NCBI GenBank assembly: GCA_027080135.1
Contig: JALWUJ010000039.1
Span: 4,561-68,560, forward strand
Direction: 5' to 3'
Length of the DNA: 64,000 nucleotides
DNA from: Flavobacteriaceae bacterium
Lineage (GTDB): Bacteria > Bacteroidota > Bacteroidia > Flavobacteriales > Flavobacteriaceae
The translations under genes and the position numbers were made by a program. The notes below the pieces were generated by a model. The model did no database searches. It had not been told where the DNA came from and saw nothing but the letters and a program-made list of their open reading frames with translations. This document shows, piece by piece, positions 1 to 10,147 of this stretch (the stretch's first letter is position 1; every line of letters begins with the position of its first letter).

Positions 1-56
1 TGAAAAAATAAAAGTTTTGAGTGGTTAGTATTCTATTTCTTAATTTATAAAAAAAA

Positions 57-83
57 CCTACAAGGTTTTGAAAACCTTGCAGG
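57..83. repeat. Family-B REP-like palindrome CCTACAAGG-TTTTGAAAA-CCTTGCAGG
   Basis: Imperfect inverted repeat; related copies at 6128, 8775, 30194, 39124, 49148 and 53251. Confidence 0.85.
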
Positions 84-116
84 ATAATACCTATTTCTAA
101 CTTTATTAATTAATCT

Positions 117-1310
117 TTATAACACAGATAAAATAGCAGCTTTCATTTTAGCAGCTCTATCTAGTACTTCTTCTTCAGTCCAACTAATTTTTACTAATGA
201 TGAAATGGTTCTGCTCATCACCGCATTACTTTTTGAAAAATCAGTATCATTTAATTTTTCTAATTGGTTTCTAACTTCGTTGGTTACGTTTCCTAAAGAT
301 TTTAAGTTTCTTAAATGTTCCCATCCGTTAATGTAATGCCAGTTGTTGGTGTACCAATAAAAATTAGCATCTACTCCGCCTTCACCTAAAGCTTTATGTG
401 CTTTTTTGGCTAATTCTTCGTTGGGTAAAAAGAAACTTACAAACGAATAATTTTCTTCTCCTCCATCAGGAACTTTTCTAAAAGTTACTCCTTCAATAGT
501 TGCTAAAGCGTTTCTAACAATGGTATAATTTCTTTTCTGAATGGCTAAAATATGATCTAACTTTCCTAATTGTGCTACTCCAACGGCAGCGTGTAATTCT
601 GAAATACGATAATTATAACCCATTACTGGATGTGTTTCTGCTCCTCGATCATTTCCGACGTGATCGTGACCGTGATCTTGGTATTGATCTGAATTCACAT
701 AATAATCTTTGTTATTAGTGATAATCGCACCGCCTTCACCGCAAGTAATGGTCTTTACAAAATCGAATGAAAAGCAACCTAAATCGCCAATGCTTCCAAG
801 GGCTTTTCCTTTGTAAGTTCCTCCCAAAGCCTGACAAGCATCTTCCAATAACAATAATTTATGTTTGGTGCAAATGGACTGTAAAGCATCTAAATCTGCC
901 ATAGAACCACACATATGCACGGGCATTACACATTTAGTTTTTGAAGTAATTGCTGCTTCTACTGCTGCTGGATTTAAAGTCAAGGTTTCGTCAATATCTA
1001 CTAACACCGGGATTGCTCCCAATGCCAAAATAGATTCAAAACTCGCTACAAAAGTAAAGGATGGCATAATTACCTCGTCCCCTGCTCCTATTCCTGCAGA
1101 AGCCAATGCGGTGGTTAAGGCAGAAGTTCCACTAGAAACTAACTGACAATATTCTGCTCCCATTTTCTCGGCAAAAGTTGTTTCAAACTCTTTGGCTTTC
1201 CAATGTCCATTTCGCATTCCATCGAATCCGTAACGCATTAAAATTCCGCTTTCTAAAACATCGTTTACTTGTTTGCGCTCTTCGTCGCCAAATATTTCAA
1301 ATCCAGGCAT
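117..1310 (-). CDS. kdnA: DegT/DnrJ/EryC1/StrS PLP aminotransferase, KdnA-like (Kdo to 8-amino-Kdo)
   Basis: Family motifs GAGDEVI, LLEDACQA, SFDFVKTITCGEGG (PLP Lys). MPGFE N-terminus, DHGHDH..DRGAE.HP and FYWY.NNWHY match my recollection of Shewanella KdnA. Confidence 0.75.
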   Translation of the reverse strand: MPGFEIFGDEERKQVNDVLESGILMRYGFDGMRNGHWKAKEFETTFAEKMGAEYCQLVSSGTSALTTALASAGIGAGDEVIMPSFTFVASFESILALGAIPVLVDIDETLTLNPAAVEAAITSKTKCVMPVHMCGSMADLDALQSICTKHKLLLLEDACQALGGTYKGKALGSIGDLGCFSFDFVKTITCGEGGAIITNNKDYYVNSDQYQDHGHDHVGNDRGAETHPVMGYNYRISELHAAVGVAQLGKLDHILAIQKRNYTIVRNALATIEGVTFRKVPDGGEENYSFVSFFLPNEELAKKAHKALGEGGVDANFYWYTNNWHYINGWEHLRNLKSLGNVTNEVRNQLEKLNDTDFSKSNAVMSRTISSLVKISWTEEEVLDRAAKMKAAILSVL

Positions 1311-1386
1311 AGTATATTTTATTAATTATTTTTATTTGTTATTTATCACTTGCAATAAAAATTGCTGTGATTCAAAATTAGTCAAA

Positions 1387-2025
1387 TTATTTAATTTCAA
1401 TGACCATCTCTTCAACTCCTTTTCTAACTTTTTTCATTTCTGAAAACATATCGTCTTCAGCTCTGTAACCTACTGCTAATACTAAAACGGACTTCAATCC
1501 TTTTTCGGTTAACTGAAAGTATTCATCGTATTTACTGGGTACAAATCCTTCAATAGGGCAAGCATCAATTTCTTCAACAGCACAGACGGTTAGTAAATTT
1601 CCGATAGTTAAATAAGCTTGTTTTGCTGCCCAAACATCTATTTCTTCTTGAGTTTTCTTTCCAAAATCTGAAACTAAAAACTCTTCAAATGAACTTAAAA
1701 TATCTCTGGGAGTGTTTCTAGTTTTCTCCACCAAATCGAAGTAATTTCTTATATACTTCTCATCTACCTTTGTTTCGGTACAAATCACTAATATATGGGA
1801 AGCATTTCCTATTTGTCCTTGATTGTAGGACATTGGCACCAACTCTTTAATCTTTTCTGGATTGCTCACCACTACTAGTTTCAATGGCTGTAAACCATAG
1901 GAAGTTGCGGTTAAATTAAAAGCTTCTTTTAAAACAGAAAGCTTCTCTTCGGAAAGTTTTTTAGATTCATCAAATTTTTTGGTAGCATAACGCCATTTTA
2001 ATTGCTCGATTATTTTGATTGCCAT
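1387..2025 (-). CDS. NAD(P)H-dependent nitroreductase family (NfsB-like)
   Basis: WRYATKKFD, TATSYGLQP, DACPIEGF and K.RK motifs. Confidence 0.9.
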   Translation of the reverse strand: MAIKIIEQLKWRYATKKFDESKKLSEEKLSVLKEAFNLTATSYGLQPLKLVVVSNPEKIKELVPMSYNQGQIGNASHILVICTETKVDEKYIRNYFDLVEKTRNTPRDILSSFEEFLVSDFGKKTQEEIDVWAAKQAYLTIGNLLTVCAVEEIDACPIEGFVPSKYDEYFQLTEKGLKSVLVLAVGYRAEDDMFSEMKKVRKGVEEMVIEIK

Positions 2026-2108
2026 AATTATTTACATTTGTTGTTTGCAAAAATAGGCATTGTAAACGACCTACAATTCATTTTGTAATTGATAAGTAAA
2101 ATACTACT

Positions 2109-2498
2109 ATGAAAAAAATAGATGAACTTAAAAAAAATAGTAAAACTCGCTTGTTTAAAGCTGTTTTTCCGAATACTACCAACCACTACGGAACCCTTTT
2201 TGGAGGTACTGCACTTCAGCTTATGGACGAAGTTTCGTTTATTTGTGCTACCCGTTTTAGCCGAAAAAAAGTAGTAACCGTTTCTACAGATAAAATAGAT
2301 TTTACCAAAGCAATCCCTGAGGGAACCATCGTTGAACTTATTGCTAATGTAGTGTTAGTAGGCAGAACAAGCTGTGTGGTAAAAGTGGATATTTTTATGG
2401 AAGAAATGTATAGTAATAAACGTGATAAAGTGGTTTCGGGCTCTTTTACTTTTGTTGCAGTTAACGACCAAAAAAAGCCGATTGCAATTTTGGATTAA
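2109..2498 (+). CDS. Hotdog acyl-CoA thioesterase (YciA-like)
   Basis: VFP..TNHYGTLFGG..L..MDE motif. Confidence 0.9.
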   Translation: MKKIDELKKNSKTRLFKAVFPNTTNHYGTLFGGTALQLMDEVSFICATRFSRKKVVTVSTDKIDFTKAIPEGTIVELIANVVLVGRTSCVVKVDIFMEEMYSNKRDKVVSGSFTFVAVNDQKKPIAILD

Positions 2499-2954
2499 CT
2501 ATAATTTTTCTAATTCTGAAGTTACCCATTTTTTTATCGTTTCCTTATCTTCTTCAGAAAGAATAGCATCTCTGTGAATAATAGTATAGGAAAACATCGG
2601 CATTTCTTCATCGTCTATCTGACTAATAATTGATTTGAATTTACTCTTTTTTCTTCGGTTGGAGTAAGATCCAAATTCGTTGAAATTTAGTTCTTCTTTT
2701 CCTTCTTTTATATGTCCTTCCATAAAATAACTAACTGGTTGAATCTTGTTATACCAAGGATAGTTGGTGTTATTACTATGACAGTCGTAGCAAGAAGTAG
2801 TCAGTATATTTTGAACCTCATCTGGTACATTTAAAACGATGCTAATGTCGTTTTCTGAAATTTTATCGCTTAAATTATATTCCGTCGGCATAAACTGTAT
2901 TCCTATGAAGGTAATAAGTAGAAGAATTCCTGCTATTTTTAAATATTTTTTCAT
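2499..2954 (-). CDS. Haem-binding domain protein (monoheme c-type cytochrome)
   Basis: N-terminal TM segment, SCYDCHS, T.YPWY, LNF and MP..Y..H motifs. Confidence 0.85.
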   Translation of the reverse strand: MKKYLKIAGILLLITFIGIQFMPTEYNLSDKISENDISIVLNVPDEVQNILTTSCYDCHSNNTNYPWYNKIQPVSYFMEGHIKEGKEELNFNEFGSYSNRRKKSKFKSIISQIDDEEMPMFSYTIIHRDAILSEEDKETIKKWVTSELEKL

Positions 2955-3049
2955 TTTTCAGAAGGGTTTTATAAAAAGACCAACAAGATTTTTCCTCCTT
3001 CGCTAAAAAAGCTTCGGAGGATATGGAAAACCTTGTTGATCTGTACTAT

Positions 3050-3700
3050 TTAGTTTATTTGTCTCTGCACTTTTCCACAGTCCATCATTTTACTTCCGTA
3101 GAAAGGATTTTTAATTTCTTTGGTTTCACTTAACCAAGCCATTTTTTTCATAGGACAGTAATCCTCATACAATGTTTTTTCGGTCCCTAAAAGAGCGATT
3201 AAATCAATCATATCAACACTTAAGGTTTCAAAATGTTCTCTTTGATGATCTATTGGGCTTTTAACAATATGTTCTGCTTGTTCGGTAGCATCTTCAACAA
3301 TTTCCATATATTCTTTATGTTGCTCTCCTGAAAGTTTCGACATATCAAATTCTGAAAAAGCTTTTAATAAAGATGTTCCTCCTTTTGCTGCAGCTCCTTT
3401 ATCATCGGCAACCAAGCCGTTCTTAATTTCCATATAAGCATCTAACATTGCTGAAGTGGCTGCATTTTTATCACTTGAAGCTTCTATATTTCTTTCTTTT
3501 TCATCGTGTCCTTTATCATTATCATGATGTCCATCAGAATTGTCATGTCCAGCTTCTTCTTTAGTATCGTGATGTCCGTCACTTTTGTCGTGCATTTCTG
3601 TGCTTTCGCCTTCATGATGATCTTCTGTTTTTTTCTCGTTTTTACAAGCAGTAAACGTTAAAGCGATTATTGCTAATACATAAATTGATTTTTTACTCAT
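3050..3700 (-). CDS. DUF3347-type His-rich metal-binding lipoprotein
   Basis: Lipobox FTAC, His/Asp-rich linker, QREHF, YCPM and NPFYG..M..CG. Start moved to Met16 (3700) so the signal peptide is intact. Confidence 0.8.
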   Translation of the reverse strand: MSKKSIYVLAIIALTFTACKNEKKTEDHHEGESTEMHDKSDGHHDTKEEAGHDNSDGHHDNDKGHDEKERNIEASSDKNAATSAMLDAYMEIKNGLVADDKGAAAKGGTSLLKAFSEFDMSKLSGEQHKEYMEIVEDATEQAEHIVKSPIDHQREHFETLSVDMIDLIALLGTEKTLYEDYCPMKKMAWLSETKEIKNPFYGSKMMDCGKVQRQIN

Positions 3701-3778
3701 AGTTTTAAAATTTAATTTTGAATTTGTTACTAATTTATTTTTCATTGTTATTTGTATTAATTAGAATTAGAATTCTAT

Positions 3779-3864
3779 AACCACAAAGCTCACAAAGGTT
3801 TTCACAGAGAGCACAAAGATTTCTCTGTGTACTTTGCTTTTTTTTCTTAGTGTTCTTTGTGGTT
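3779..3864. repeat. Family-C inverted repeat built from CACAAAG/CACAGAG units
   Basis: aaccacaaagctcacaaagg...gtgttctttgtggtt; relatives at 40289-40328, 49043-49288 and 58729-58784. Confidence 0.7.
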
Positions 3865-3872
3865 AAACATTT

Positions 3873-6362
3873 TTATTTCAAACTTACATTTTTCAATCGC
3901 AACGAGTTTAAAATTACCGATACCGAGCTAAAACTCATCGCAGCAGCAGCTATCATAGGTGATAATAACAATCCAAATACTGGGTATAAAACTCCTGCAG
4001 CAATTGGAACTCCCAATACGTTATAAATAAAGGCGAAAAACAAGTTCTCTTTAATGTTCTTCAACACAGCTTTTCCTAAATTAATTGCTTTTACAATTCC
4101 TATTAAATCTCCTTTTACCAAAGTGACTTCGCTACTTTCAATGGCAACATCGGTTCCTGTTCCCATTGCGATACCAATTTCGGCTTGGGCTAATGCTGGT
4201 GCATCATTAATTCCGTCACCTGCCATGGCTACAATTTTTCCTTTTGCTTGTAACTCTTCTATAACTTTCAGTTTATCTTCTGGTAAACATTCCGCTTTAA
4301 AACTGGACAAATTCAACTCATCTGCTACACTTTTTGCAGTACGTTCGTTGTCTCCTGTCAACATGATTACTTCGACTCCTTCTTTCTGAAGTATCGCAAT
4401 TGCTTCTTTACTGGTTTCTTTTATCGCATCCGAAATAGTAACAAATCCTTCCACAATCCCATCTACTGAAATATACGAAACCGTCTTACCATGTTCCTGT
4501 TCTACTATTACTTTTTCATTGATTTCAAACGAAATTGAAGCGTTCACTTGTTCCATTAACTTCATATTACCAAGGGCGATTTCTTTTCCAGTAACTGTAC
4601 CAATTACTCCTTTACCCATAACAGCTTCAAAGTTTTTAGATTCTTGAAGTTGCGAGTTTTTCTTTTCAGAAAATTGTACAATCGCTTCCGCTAAAGGATG
4701 TTCACTATACTGATTTAAAGAGGCAATGTATTCTAATAATTGAGCAGAAAATTCATTGGATGGATCCACTACTTTTTCAACCGATGGTTTCCCTTCGGTA
4801 ATCGTTCCAGTTTTATCGGTAATTAATACATCTACTTTATTTAAGTTTTCTAAGGCTTCGGCATTCTTTATGAGTACTCCGTTTTGTGCTCCTTTGCCTA
4901 CGCCAACCATTACCGACATAGGTGTTGCTAATCCTAAGGCACAAGGGCAAGCAATAATTAAAACCGCAATTGAATTTACAAATGCATATACCATAGCAGG
5001 TTCTGGTCCCACCAAGTACCAAACAATAAAGGTAATAATGGAAGACAAAACGACAATCGGTACAAAATATTTGGAGATTTTATCTGCTAATTTCTGAATA
5101 GGTGCTCTACTTCTACTCGCATTATTCACCATCTGAATGATTTGAGAAAGTAAGGTTTCTGAACCTACTTTTTCTGCTTCCATTACAAACGATTTGGTAC
5201 CATTAATAGTTCCTGAGCTCACTTGATCACCAACATTTTTATCCACAGGAATAGGTTCTCCTGTAATCATACTTTCATCTACATTGCTATGACCTTCGGT
5301 AATTTTTCCGTCCACAGGAATTTTATCCCCTGGTTTTACTCGTAGTAAATCGCCTTTTTTAATATCGTGTATTGAGATTACTTTATCTCCTTCCGAAGTT
5401 ACCAAAACTGCTTCCGTTGGTGCTAATTTTAATAATTCTTTTATGGCTCCGCTGGTCTGACTGTGGGCTTTTGCTTCTAAAAGTTGCCCTAATAAAACTA
5501 AGGTTAAAATTACGGTTACTGCTTCAAAATAAACGAATACTGTTCCGCTTTCAGTTTTAAACTGATCGGGAAATACATCTGGAAATAATAATGCTACAAT
5601 ACTGAATAGAAAAGCGATTCCGGAGCCAATTCCTATTAAAGTAAACATATTTAAATTCCATGTAACGATGGATTTATAGGCTCTTTCAAAAAACATCCAA
5701 GTGGCGTAAAACACAACAGGAAGTGAGAGTACTAACTGAATCCAATTCCAAGTTTGTTGCGAAAATATTTTGCTTAAAGGATTTCCAGGAATTAAATCTC
5801 CCATCGCAATAATGAAAATCGGAAGTGTAAAAGCCACTGCAATTTTCATTTTGCTTAGTAACTTATTGTATGTTTTATCTTCTTCGCTTTCGGTAGGTTC
5901 CATCGGGATTAAATCCATACCACAAATTGGGCAAGCACCGGGTCCATCTTTTATAATTTCCGGATGCATAGAACAAGTGTACTGTGTTGTTACTACTGCT
6001 TTTGGTTGTTCTACTAAATCCATTCCACAGACAGGACATCCTACTTGTGAAGTATATGTTTTTTCTCCTTCGCAGTGCATTGGGCAGTAAAAAACTCCGT
6101 TACCTTCAACTGGCTTTTCTTTTTCTAAACCTACAAGGTCTTTGAGACCTTGTAGGTTAGTAATTGTATAATACAATCCTGCTTTAAGTAAGGTTTCTTG
6201 TAGTTTTTCTAAAGAAATGTGCGAAGTCATTTCAACAACAACCTCTTCTTTTTTTAAATCAGCTGAAACTTTTGTTACTTCATTTAAATTTCCTAAAGCA
6301 TCTTCTACATTCGCTTTACAGCCTGTGCAGGTCATTCCGGTAATTTTATAAGTATGTTTCAT
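3873..6362 (-). CDS. copA: Cu(I)-translocating P1B-1 ATPase
   Basis: GMTCTGC HMA domain, two C(P/S)MH..CP.CGM domains, [25 protein letters not shown] and M..SS. Confidence 0.95.
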   Translation of the reverse strand: MKHTYKITGMTCTGCKANVEDALGNLNEVTKVSADLKKEEVVVEMTSHISLEKLQETLLKAGLYYTITNLQGLKDLVGLEKEKPVEGNGVFYCPMHCEGEKTYTSQVGCPVCGMDLVEQPKAVVTTQYTCSMHPEIIKDGPGACPICGMDLIPMEPTESEEDKTYNKLLSKMKIAVAFTLPIFIIAMGDLIPGNPLSKIFSQQTWNWIQLVLSLPVVFYATWMFFERAYKSIVTWNLNMFTLIGIGSGIAFLFSIVALLFPDVFPDQFKTESGTVFVYFEAVTVILTLVLLGQLLEAKAHSQTSGAIKELLKLAPTEAVLVTSEGDKVISIHDIKKGDLLRVKPGDKIPVDGKITEGHSNVDESMITGEPIPVDKNVGDQVSSGTINGTKSFVMEAEKVGSETLLSQIIQMVNNASRSRAPIQKLADKISKYFVPIVVLSSIITFIVWYLVGPEPAMVYAFVNSIAVLIIACPCALGLATPMSVMVGVGKGAQNGVLIKNAEALENLNKVDVLITDKTGTITEGKPSVEKVVDPSNEFSAQLLEYIASLNQYSEHPLAEAIVQFSEKKNSQLQESKNFEAVMGKGVIGTVTGKEIALGNMKLMEQVNASISFEINEKVIVEQEHGKTVSYISVDGIVEGFVTISDAIKETSKEAIAILQKEGVEVIMLTGDNERTAKSVADELNLSSFKAECLPEDKLKVIEELQAKGKIVAMAGDGINDAPALAQAEIGIAMGTGTDVAIESSEVTLVKGDLIGIVKAINLGKAVLKNIKENLFFAFIYNVLGVPIAAGVLYPVFGLLLSPMIAAAAMSFSSVSVILNSLRLKNVSLK
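6128..6158. repeat. Family-B palindrome inside the copA coding region
   Basis: Perfect 14-bp stem aacctacaaggtct-ttg-agaccttgtaggtt. Confidence 0.8.
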
Positions 6363-6481
6363 AATTTGTTGTTTTTAGCCAATTTTTTGTGCCTGCAGAA
6401 GAGAAAAAATTGTTTTCAACTTATTATTAACCAAGTTAAATGGGCAACCAATCCTTTCTCTTTGTTGCAGGACTTAAAAAA

Positions 6482-6898
6482 TTAATGTTTGTGTTCTTTG
6501 CTTTCTTTTTTGCCTTCTACTTTCTCTAATTCCATTCCACATTTTGGACATTTACCAGCTTTATCATAGGTTTTGTCTCCTTCACATTTCATTGGACACA
6601 TATACCCTTTTGCCATATCTGAGCTCATAGATTCTTTATGACTTCCTTTCATATTACTATGATTCATATTACCATGTTTCATGTTGTCTTTTTTCATTTC
6701 CATCTTTTTCATATCCATTCCACATTGCGAACATTTTCCAGGCTTTTCACTTTTTTCGTCAGCGTGCATCGGACATACATACATTTCTTTTGTCATTGTT
6801 TCAGATTTGCTATCTGAAGTCATTTTGTGTTGTGCTTGTGCTGTTGTTGCTGTGAATAGTCCCATTACAAGAGCTATCATAAAAATTTTTGTTTTCAT
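6482..6898 (-). CDS. Secreted Met-rich heavy-metal-binding domain protein
   Basis: Signal peptide, two Y.CPM..C..CGM motifs and a Met/His-rich linker. Confidence 0.85.
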   Translation of the reverse strand: MKTKIFMIALVMGLFTATTAQAQHKMTSDSKSETMTKEMYVCPMHADEKSEKPGKCSQCGMDMKKMEMKKDNMKHGNMNHSNMKGSHKESMSSDMAKGYMCPMKCEGDKTYDKAGKCPKCGMELEKVEGKKESKEHKH

Positions 6899-6922
6899 CT
6901 TTTTTATATTTAGTTATTATTA

Positions 6923-8758
6923 TTAATTATTAAATGTTTCTGTTACTTCGCCACAAGTTGGCATTGCTTTTCCGAAGAAAGGATTGTTAATTTTTTTATC
7001 ATAACTCAACCAAAAGCCTCCGTTATTATCATCTGCCATTGGGCAAAATTCTAAATAGATAGTTTTTCCTCCTTCGGCTTCAATTCCGAAAGTTTTAATG
7101 GCTTCGGAAAGGTTTTTACCTAAGATTAAAAATGCTGCTCGTTGTTCACCAATTTCTCTAGAATTTATGATGACTTCCACTTGCTTTTTGGTTGGGTTTA
7201 ATGCTTTCATCCAAACATTATGTGCATCGCCCATTAACAGAAGCATATCCACTTTTTCTAATGATACTTTTACTTTGGCTGCTTCAATTTGTGCAGCTGC
7301 CGTATCGTCATTGGTAAGTGCGTCTTTCAATTTTATATAATCATCGACTACGACTCCTAATTGTTTTTTGAAATTGGAATCTATTTTAGATTTATCTATC
7401 ATAACCATTTTACTCATATCCTCTTCCTCTCCAGTTGTATTTTCTTTTGAGGCCGATGTATCATCTCCCATATCCATTCCAGCCATCCCTGTACTTACTT
7501 TTCCTCCTTCAGGATTCATCATACTTTTTTGACCTAATAATTGTGCTGAAGCATCGATTCTGAAAACTCCGTTGGTAGCAACAATTTCTCCTTCTTTCAA
7601 ACCGTTTGCTACTATGTAAAAACTTCCTAAATCTTCGCCTAAAATAATCTCACGATAAACGAAGGAAATAGTTTTTTCATGAGGAACTTTTACATAAACC
7701 ACTGCTCTTTTTCCTGTCCAAAGCACTGCCGATTTTGGCACTATTAAAGACTGCTCTTTATTGTTTAAAGTTGCATTAATTATCCCTGTTGCATACATTT
7801 CTGGCAATAGTTTATTACCAGGATTTTTAAGCTCCACACGAACTTTTGCAACTCTAGTTGTTGAAGAAACAAAAGGATCTACATAAGTAACTTTTCCGTT
7901 AAATTTTTTACCAGGAATTGCTTGAATATTAAAATCTACCTCATCGCCTACATTTATCCAAGGAATATCAGCTTCATAAGCTTCAAACATTACCCAAACG
8001 CTACTTAAATTAGCAATATCATACAAATTCATTCCTGCCATTATATGATCTCCTAACTCCACGTTTCGTTTCATTACATAACCTGAATAATCTGAATAAA
8101 TATCCACCTGTTCTCTAATTTTTCCACTAGCTTCAATAGCGTCTATTTGCTTGTCTGAAAGTTTCCAAAGTTTTAATTTGTTACGAGAAGCAGTGTATAA
8201 TTGAGGGAAAACCTCTCTTGACTTAATGGCTTCAAATAATTCCTTTTGAGCTGAAATTAATTCAGGTGAATAAATACGAACCATCTTCTGTCCTCTTGAA
8301 ACTTTTTCTCCAGTAAAGTTGATGTATAACCTTTCGATTCGTCCCGGAATATGCGAAACTTGCGAATATAATTTACGCTCGTCTGGTTGTACTCGACCTA
8401 ACAATCTAATTTCTTTGTTAGCACCTGTTTTACTTACTACTGAAGTTTGAATATTTGCTAGTTGAATAGCTTCCTTAGTCATTACAATTTCATTTGAAGC
8501 GACCTCTTCTTTAGAAGAACTTGATTCTTCTAACGGAATTAACTCCATTCCACAAATAGGACATTTCCCTGGTTTTTCCATTTTTATTTGTGGATGCATT
8601 GAACAAGTCCATAATCCAGTTTTAGGGTCTTGTATATCGGTGTGGTTTTCATGTTCTTTTGAAATAGCAGAATCTCCTCCTCCAGAAAAAATAGTTCCTA
8701 AAACGATTCCAAAAATTAAAATTCCTGCTCCTATGATATAATTTTTATATTTTTTCAT
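6923..8758 (-). CDS. cusB: CusB-like RND periplasmic adaptor with an N-terminal metal-binding domain and C-terminal DUF3347-type domain
   Basis: WTCSMHP..CPICGM, IYSPEL..AQ.E, LLPEMY, FCPMA..NPFFG. Confidence 0.85.
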   Translation of the reverse strand: MKKYKNYIIGAGILIFGIVLGTIFSGGGDSAISKEHENHTDIQDPKTGLWTCSMHPQIKMEKPGKCPICGMELIPLEESSSSKEEVASNEIVMTKEAIQLANIQTSVVSKTGANKEIRLLGRVQPDERKLYSQVSHIPGRIERLYINFTGEKVSRGQKMVRIYSPELISAQKELFEAIKSREVFPQLYTASRNKLKLWKLSDKQIDAIEASGKIREQVDIYSDYSGYVMKRNVELGDHIMAGMNLYDIANLSSVWVMFEAYEADIPWINVGDEVDFNIQAIPGKKFNGKVTYVDPFVSSTTRVAKVRVELKNPGNKLLPEMYATGIINATLNNKEQSLIVPKSAVLWTGKRAVVYVKVPHEKTISFVYREIILGEDLGSFYIVANGLKEGEIVATNGVFRIDASAQLLGQKSMMNPEGGKVSTGMAGMDMGDDTSASKENTTGEEEDMSKMVMIDKSKIDSNFKKQLGVVVDDYIKLKDALTNDDTAAAQIEAAKVKVSLEKVDMLLLMGDAHNVWMKALNPTKKQVEVIINSREIGEQRAAFLILGKNLSEAIKTFGIEAEGGKTIYLEFCPMADDNNGGFWLSYDKKINNPFFGKAMPTCGEVTETFNN

Positions 8759-8774
8759 ATTATTTTACTTTATA

Positions 8775-8801
8775 CCTACAAGGTTTTTAAAACCTTGCAG
8801 G
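8775..8801. repeat. Family-B REP-like palindrome
   Basis: cctacaaggtttttaaaaccttgcagg between tolC and cusB. Confidence 0.85.
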
Positions 8802-8804
8802 AGT

Positions 8805-10055
8805 TTAATTTCCTATTAAATATTGTATAAATGCTGTTGCTGTATTGTTGTCTATCAATGCTTTTTGGTACGCCAATTCGTATTTTAATAACTGCCGTTC
8901 AATCCGTAAGACTTCTTCAAAATCTTTTGAATCTGTCGAATATGAAGTAATTAAAACGTCCAATACTTTTTTAGCAATTTGGGTTTGTGTTTTATTTAAT
9001 TCAATTCTGCGTTCGCCGTCCGAAAATTCGGTGTAGGTTTTTTCAAAAACACTGTTTAGGGTATTTTTTATATCCTCCTTATTATCCAATTCGGCTTGTT
9101 GTAATAGCTGTGCTTCCTTTATCATTCCGTGGTATTTTCGTCTATAAATAGGAATTGAAATCCCTACGGAAGGAAATAAAATCGCATCTTTTCCATTATT
9201 TTTATCGGTAGAATTTGGATTCTTTCCAACGATAATATAACTAACTCCAATATTAAATTTTGGCATTCCATCTTTCTTGGCAACTTCTACTTGATTTGCA
9301 AAAGCATTCATTTTATGGTCAATACTTTTTAGTTGGTGGTTGTTCGCATTAATCGAATCTGAAATCGCTTTATATTCATAAGGCAATTCATCTTTCCAAA
9401 GTTCTAAAGGGGTTTCAATGATTGCATCAACTTCTCTGTCTAGAAGATTATTAAATCTAGTTTGAAAAACTTTTTTAGAATCTTTGTACAATGCCAACTG
9501 ATTTTCTAAATCATTCATTTCAAGTTCCACTCTTAATTCATCTACAATGGAAGCTTGTCCTGTTTCAATTTTTACCAGAGAAAGACTTTTAAATACTCGC
9601 AAGATTTCCATATTACTTTCAGTAATTTCAATCGCTTTATTGAAAAAGAAATATGTGTAATAAGTAGATTTTACTTCAAAATACAAATTGGCTTTTGCGT
9701 TTTCAAAGATTTCATATTTTGCTTGAGCTTTTTCGGTTTCCACATTTTCTTTTGAAGCCAATAAACCAAACCAAGGAAACGCTTGTTTTAATCCGAATGT
9801 TGCTTTTTGTGGTCCCAATCGTGTTTCCACAGGTTGAATAAAATAACCAAAAGCAAATTGTGGATCGGGTAAAGTTCCTACTTGAGGAACCTTTTCCATC
9901 GCTGCCATATATTGATTGAATTTTGATTTTAAGCCTGGATTGTTTTCAGCAGCCATGACCAAATAGGCATCTAAATTTTCTCTACTAGACTGACTAAAAC
10001 TTTGCTGAGAAAGTCCGAGTACAAAGGCTAGAAATATATATTTATAAAATTTCAT
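8805..10055 (-). CDS. TolC/CusC-family outer membrane efflux protein
   Basis: Signal peptide, A.ENNP.L, LPDP; lies between cusA and cusB. Confidence 0.9.
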   Translation of the reverse strand: MKFYKYIFLAFVLGLSQQSFSQSSRENLDAYLVMAAENNPGLKSKFNQYMAAMEKVPQVGTLPDPQFAFGYFIQPVETRLGPQKATFGLKQAFPWFGLLASKENVETEKAQAKYEIFENAKANLYFEVKSTYYTYFFFNKAIEITESNMEILRVFKSLSLVKIETGQASIVDELRVELEMNDLENQLALYKDSKKVFQTRFNNLLDREVDAIIETPLELWKDELPYEYKAISDSINANNHQLKSIDHKMNAFANQVEVAKKDGMPKFNIGVSYIIVGKNPNSTDKNNGKDAILFPSVGISIPIYRRKYHGMIKEAQLLQQAELDNKEDIKNTLNSVFEKTYTEFSDGERRIELNKTQTQIAKKVLDVLITSYSTDSKDFEEVLRIERQLLKYELAYQKALIDNNTATAFIQYLIGN

Positions 10056-10147
10056 GTGTTTATAAGTTTATTTTCATCGGTAACACAAGCAGTTCGCTAT
10101 TCATCATTTTGTTCCAAATAATAATATTGTTTACTCGTGTCATCTGA

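Noticed and set aside
1346-1370. tgcaataaaaattgc as a third copy of the metal operator
   Set aside because: The spacer is 6 rather than 5 nt, there is no -7 box at the matching distance, and it is better explained as an intergenic hairpin.
2490-3050. Left att site of the metal cluster
   Set aside because: No copy of the tRNA-Ser 3' end found by eye.
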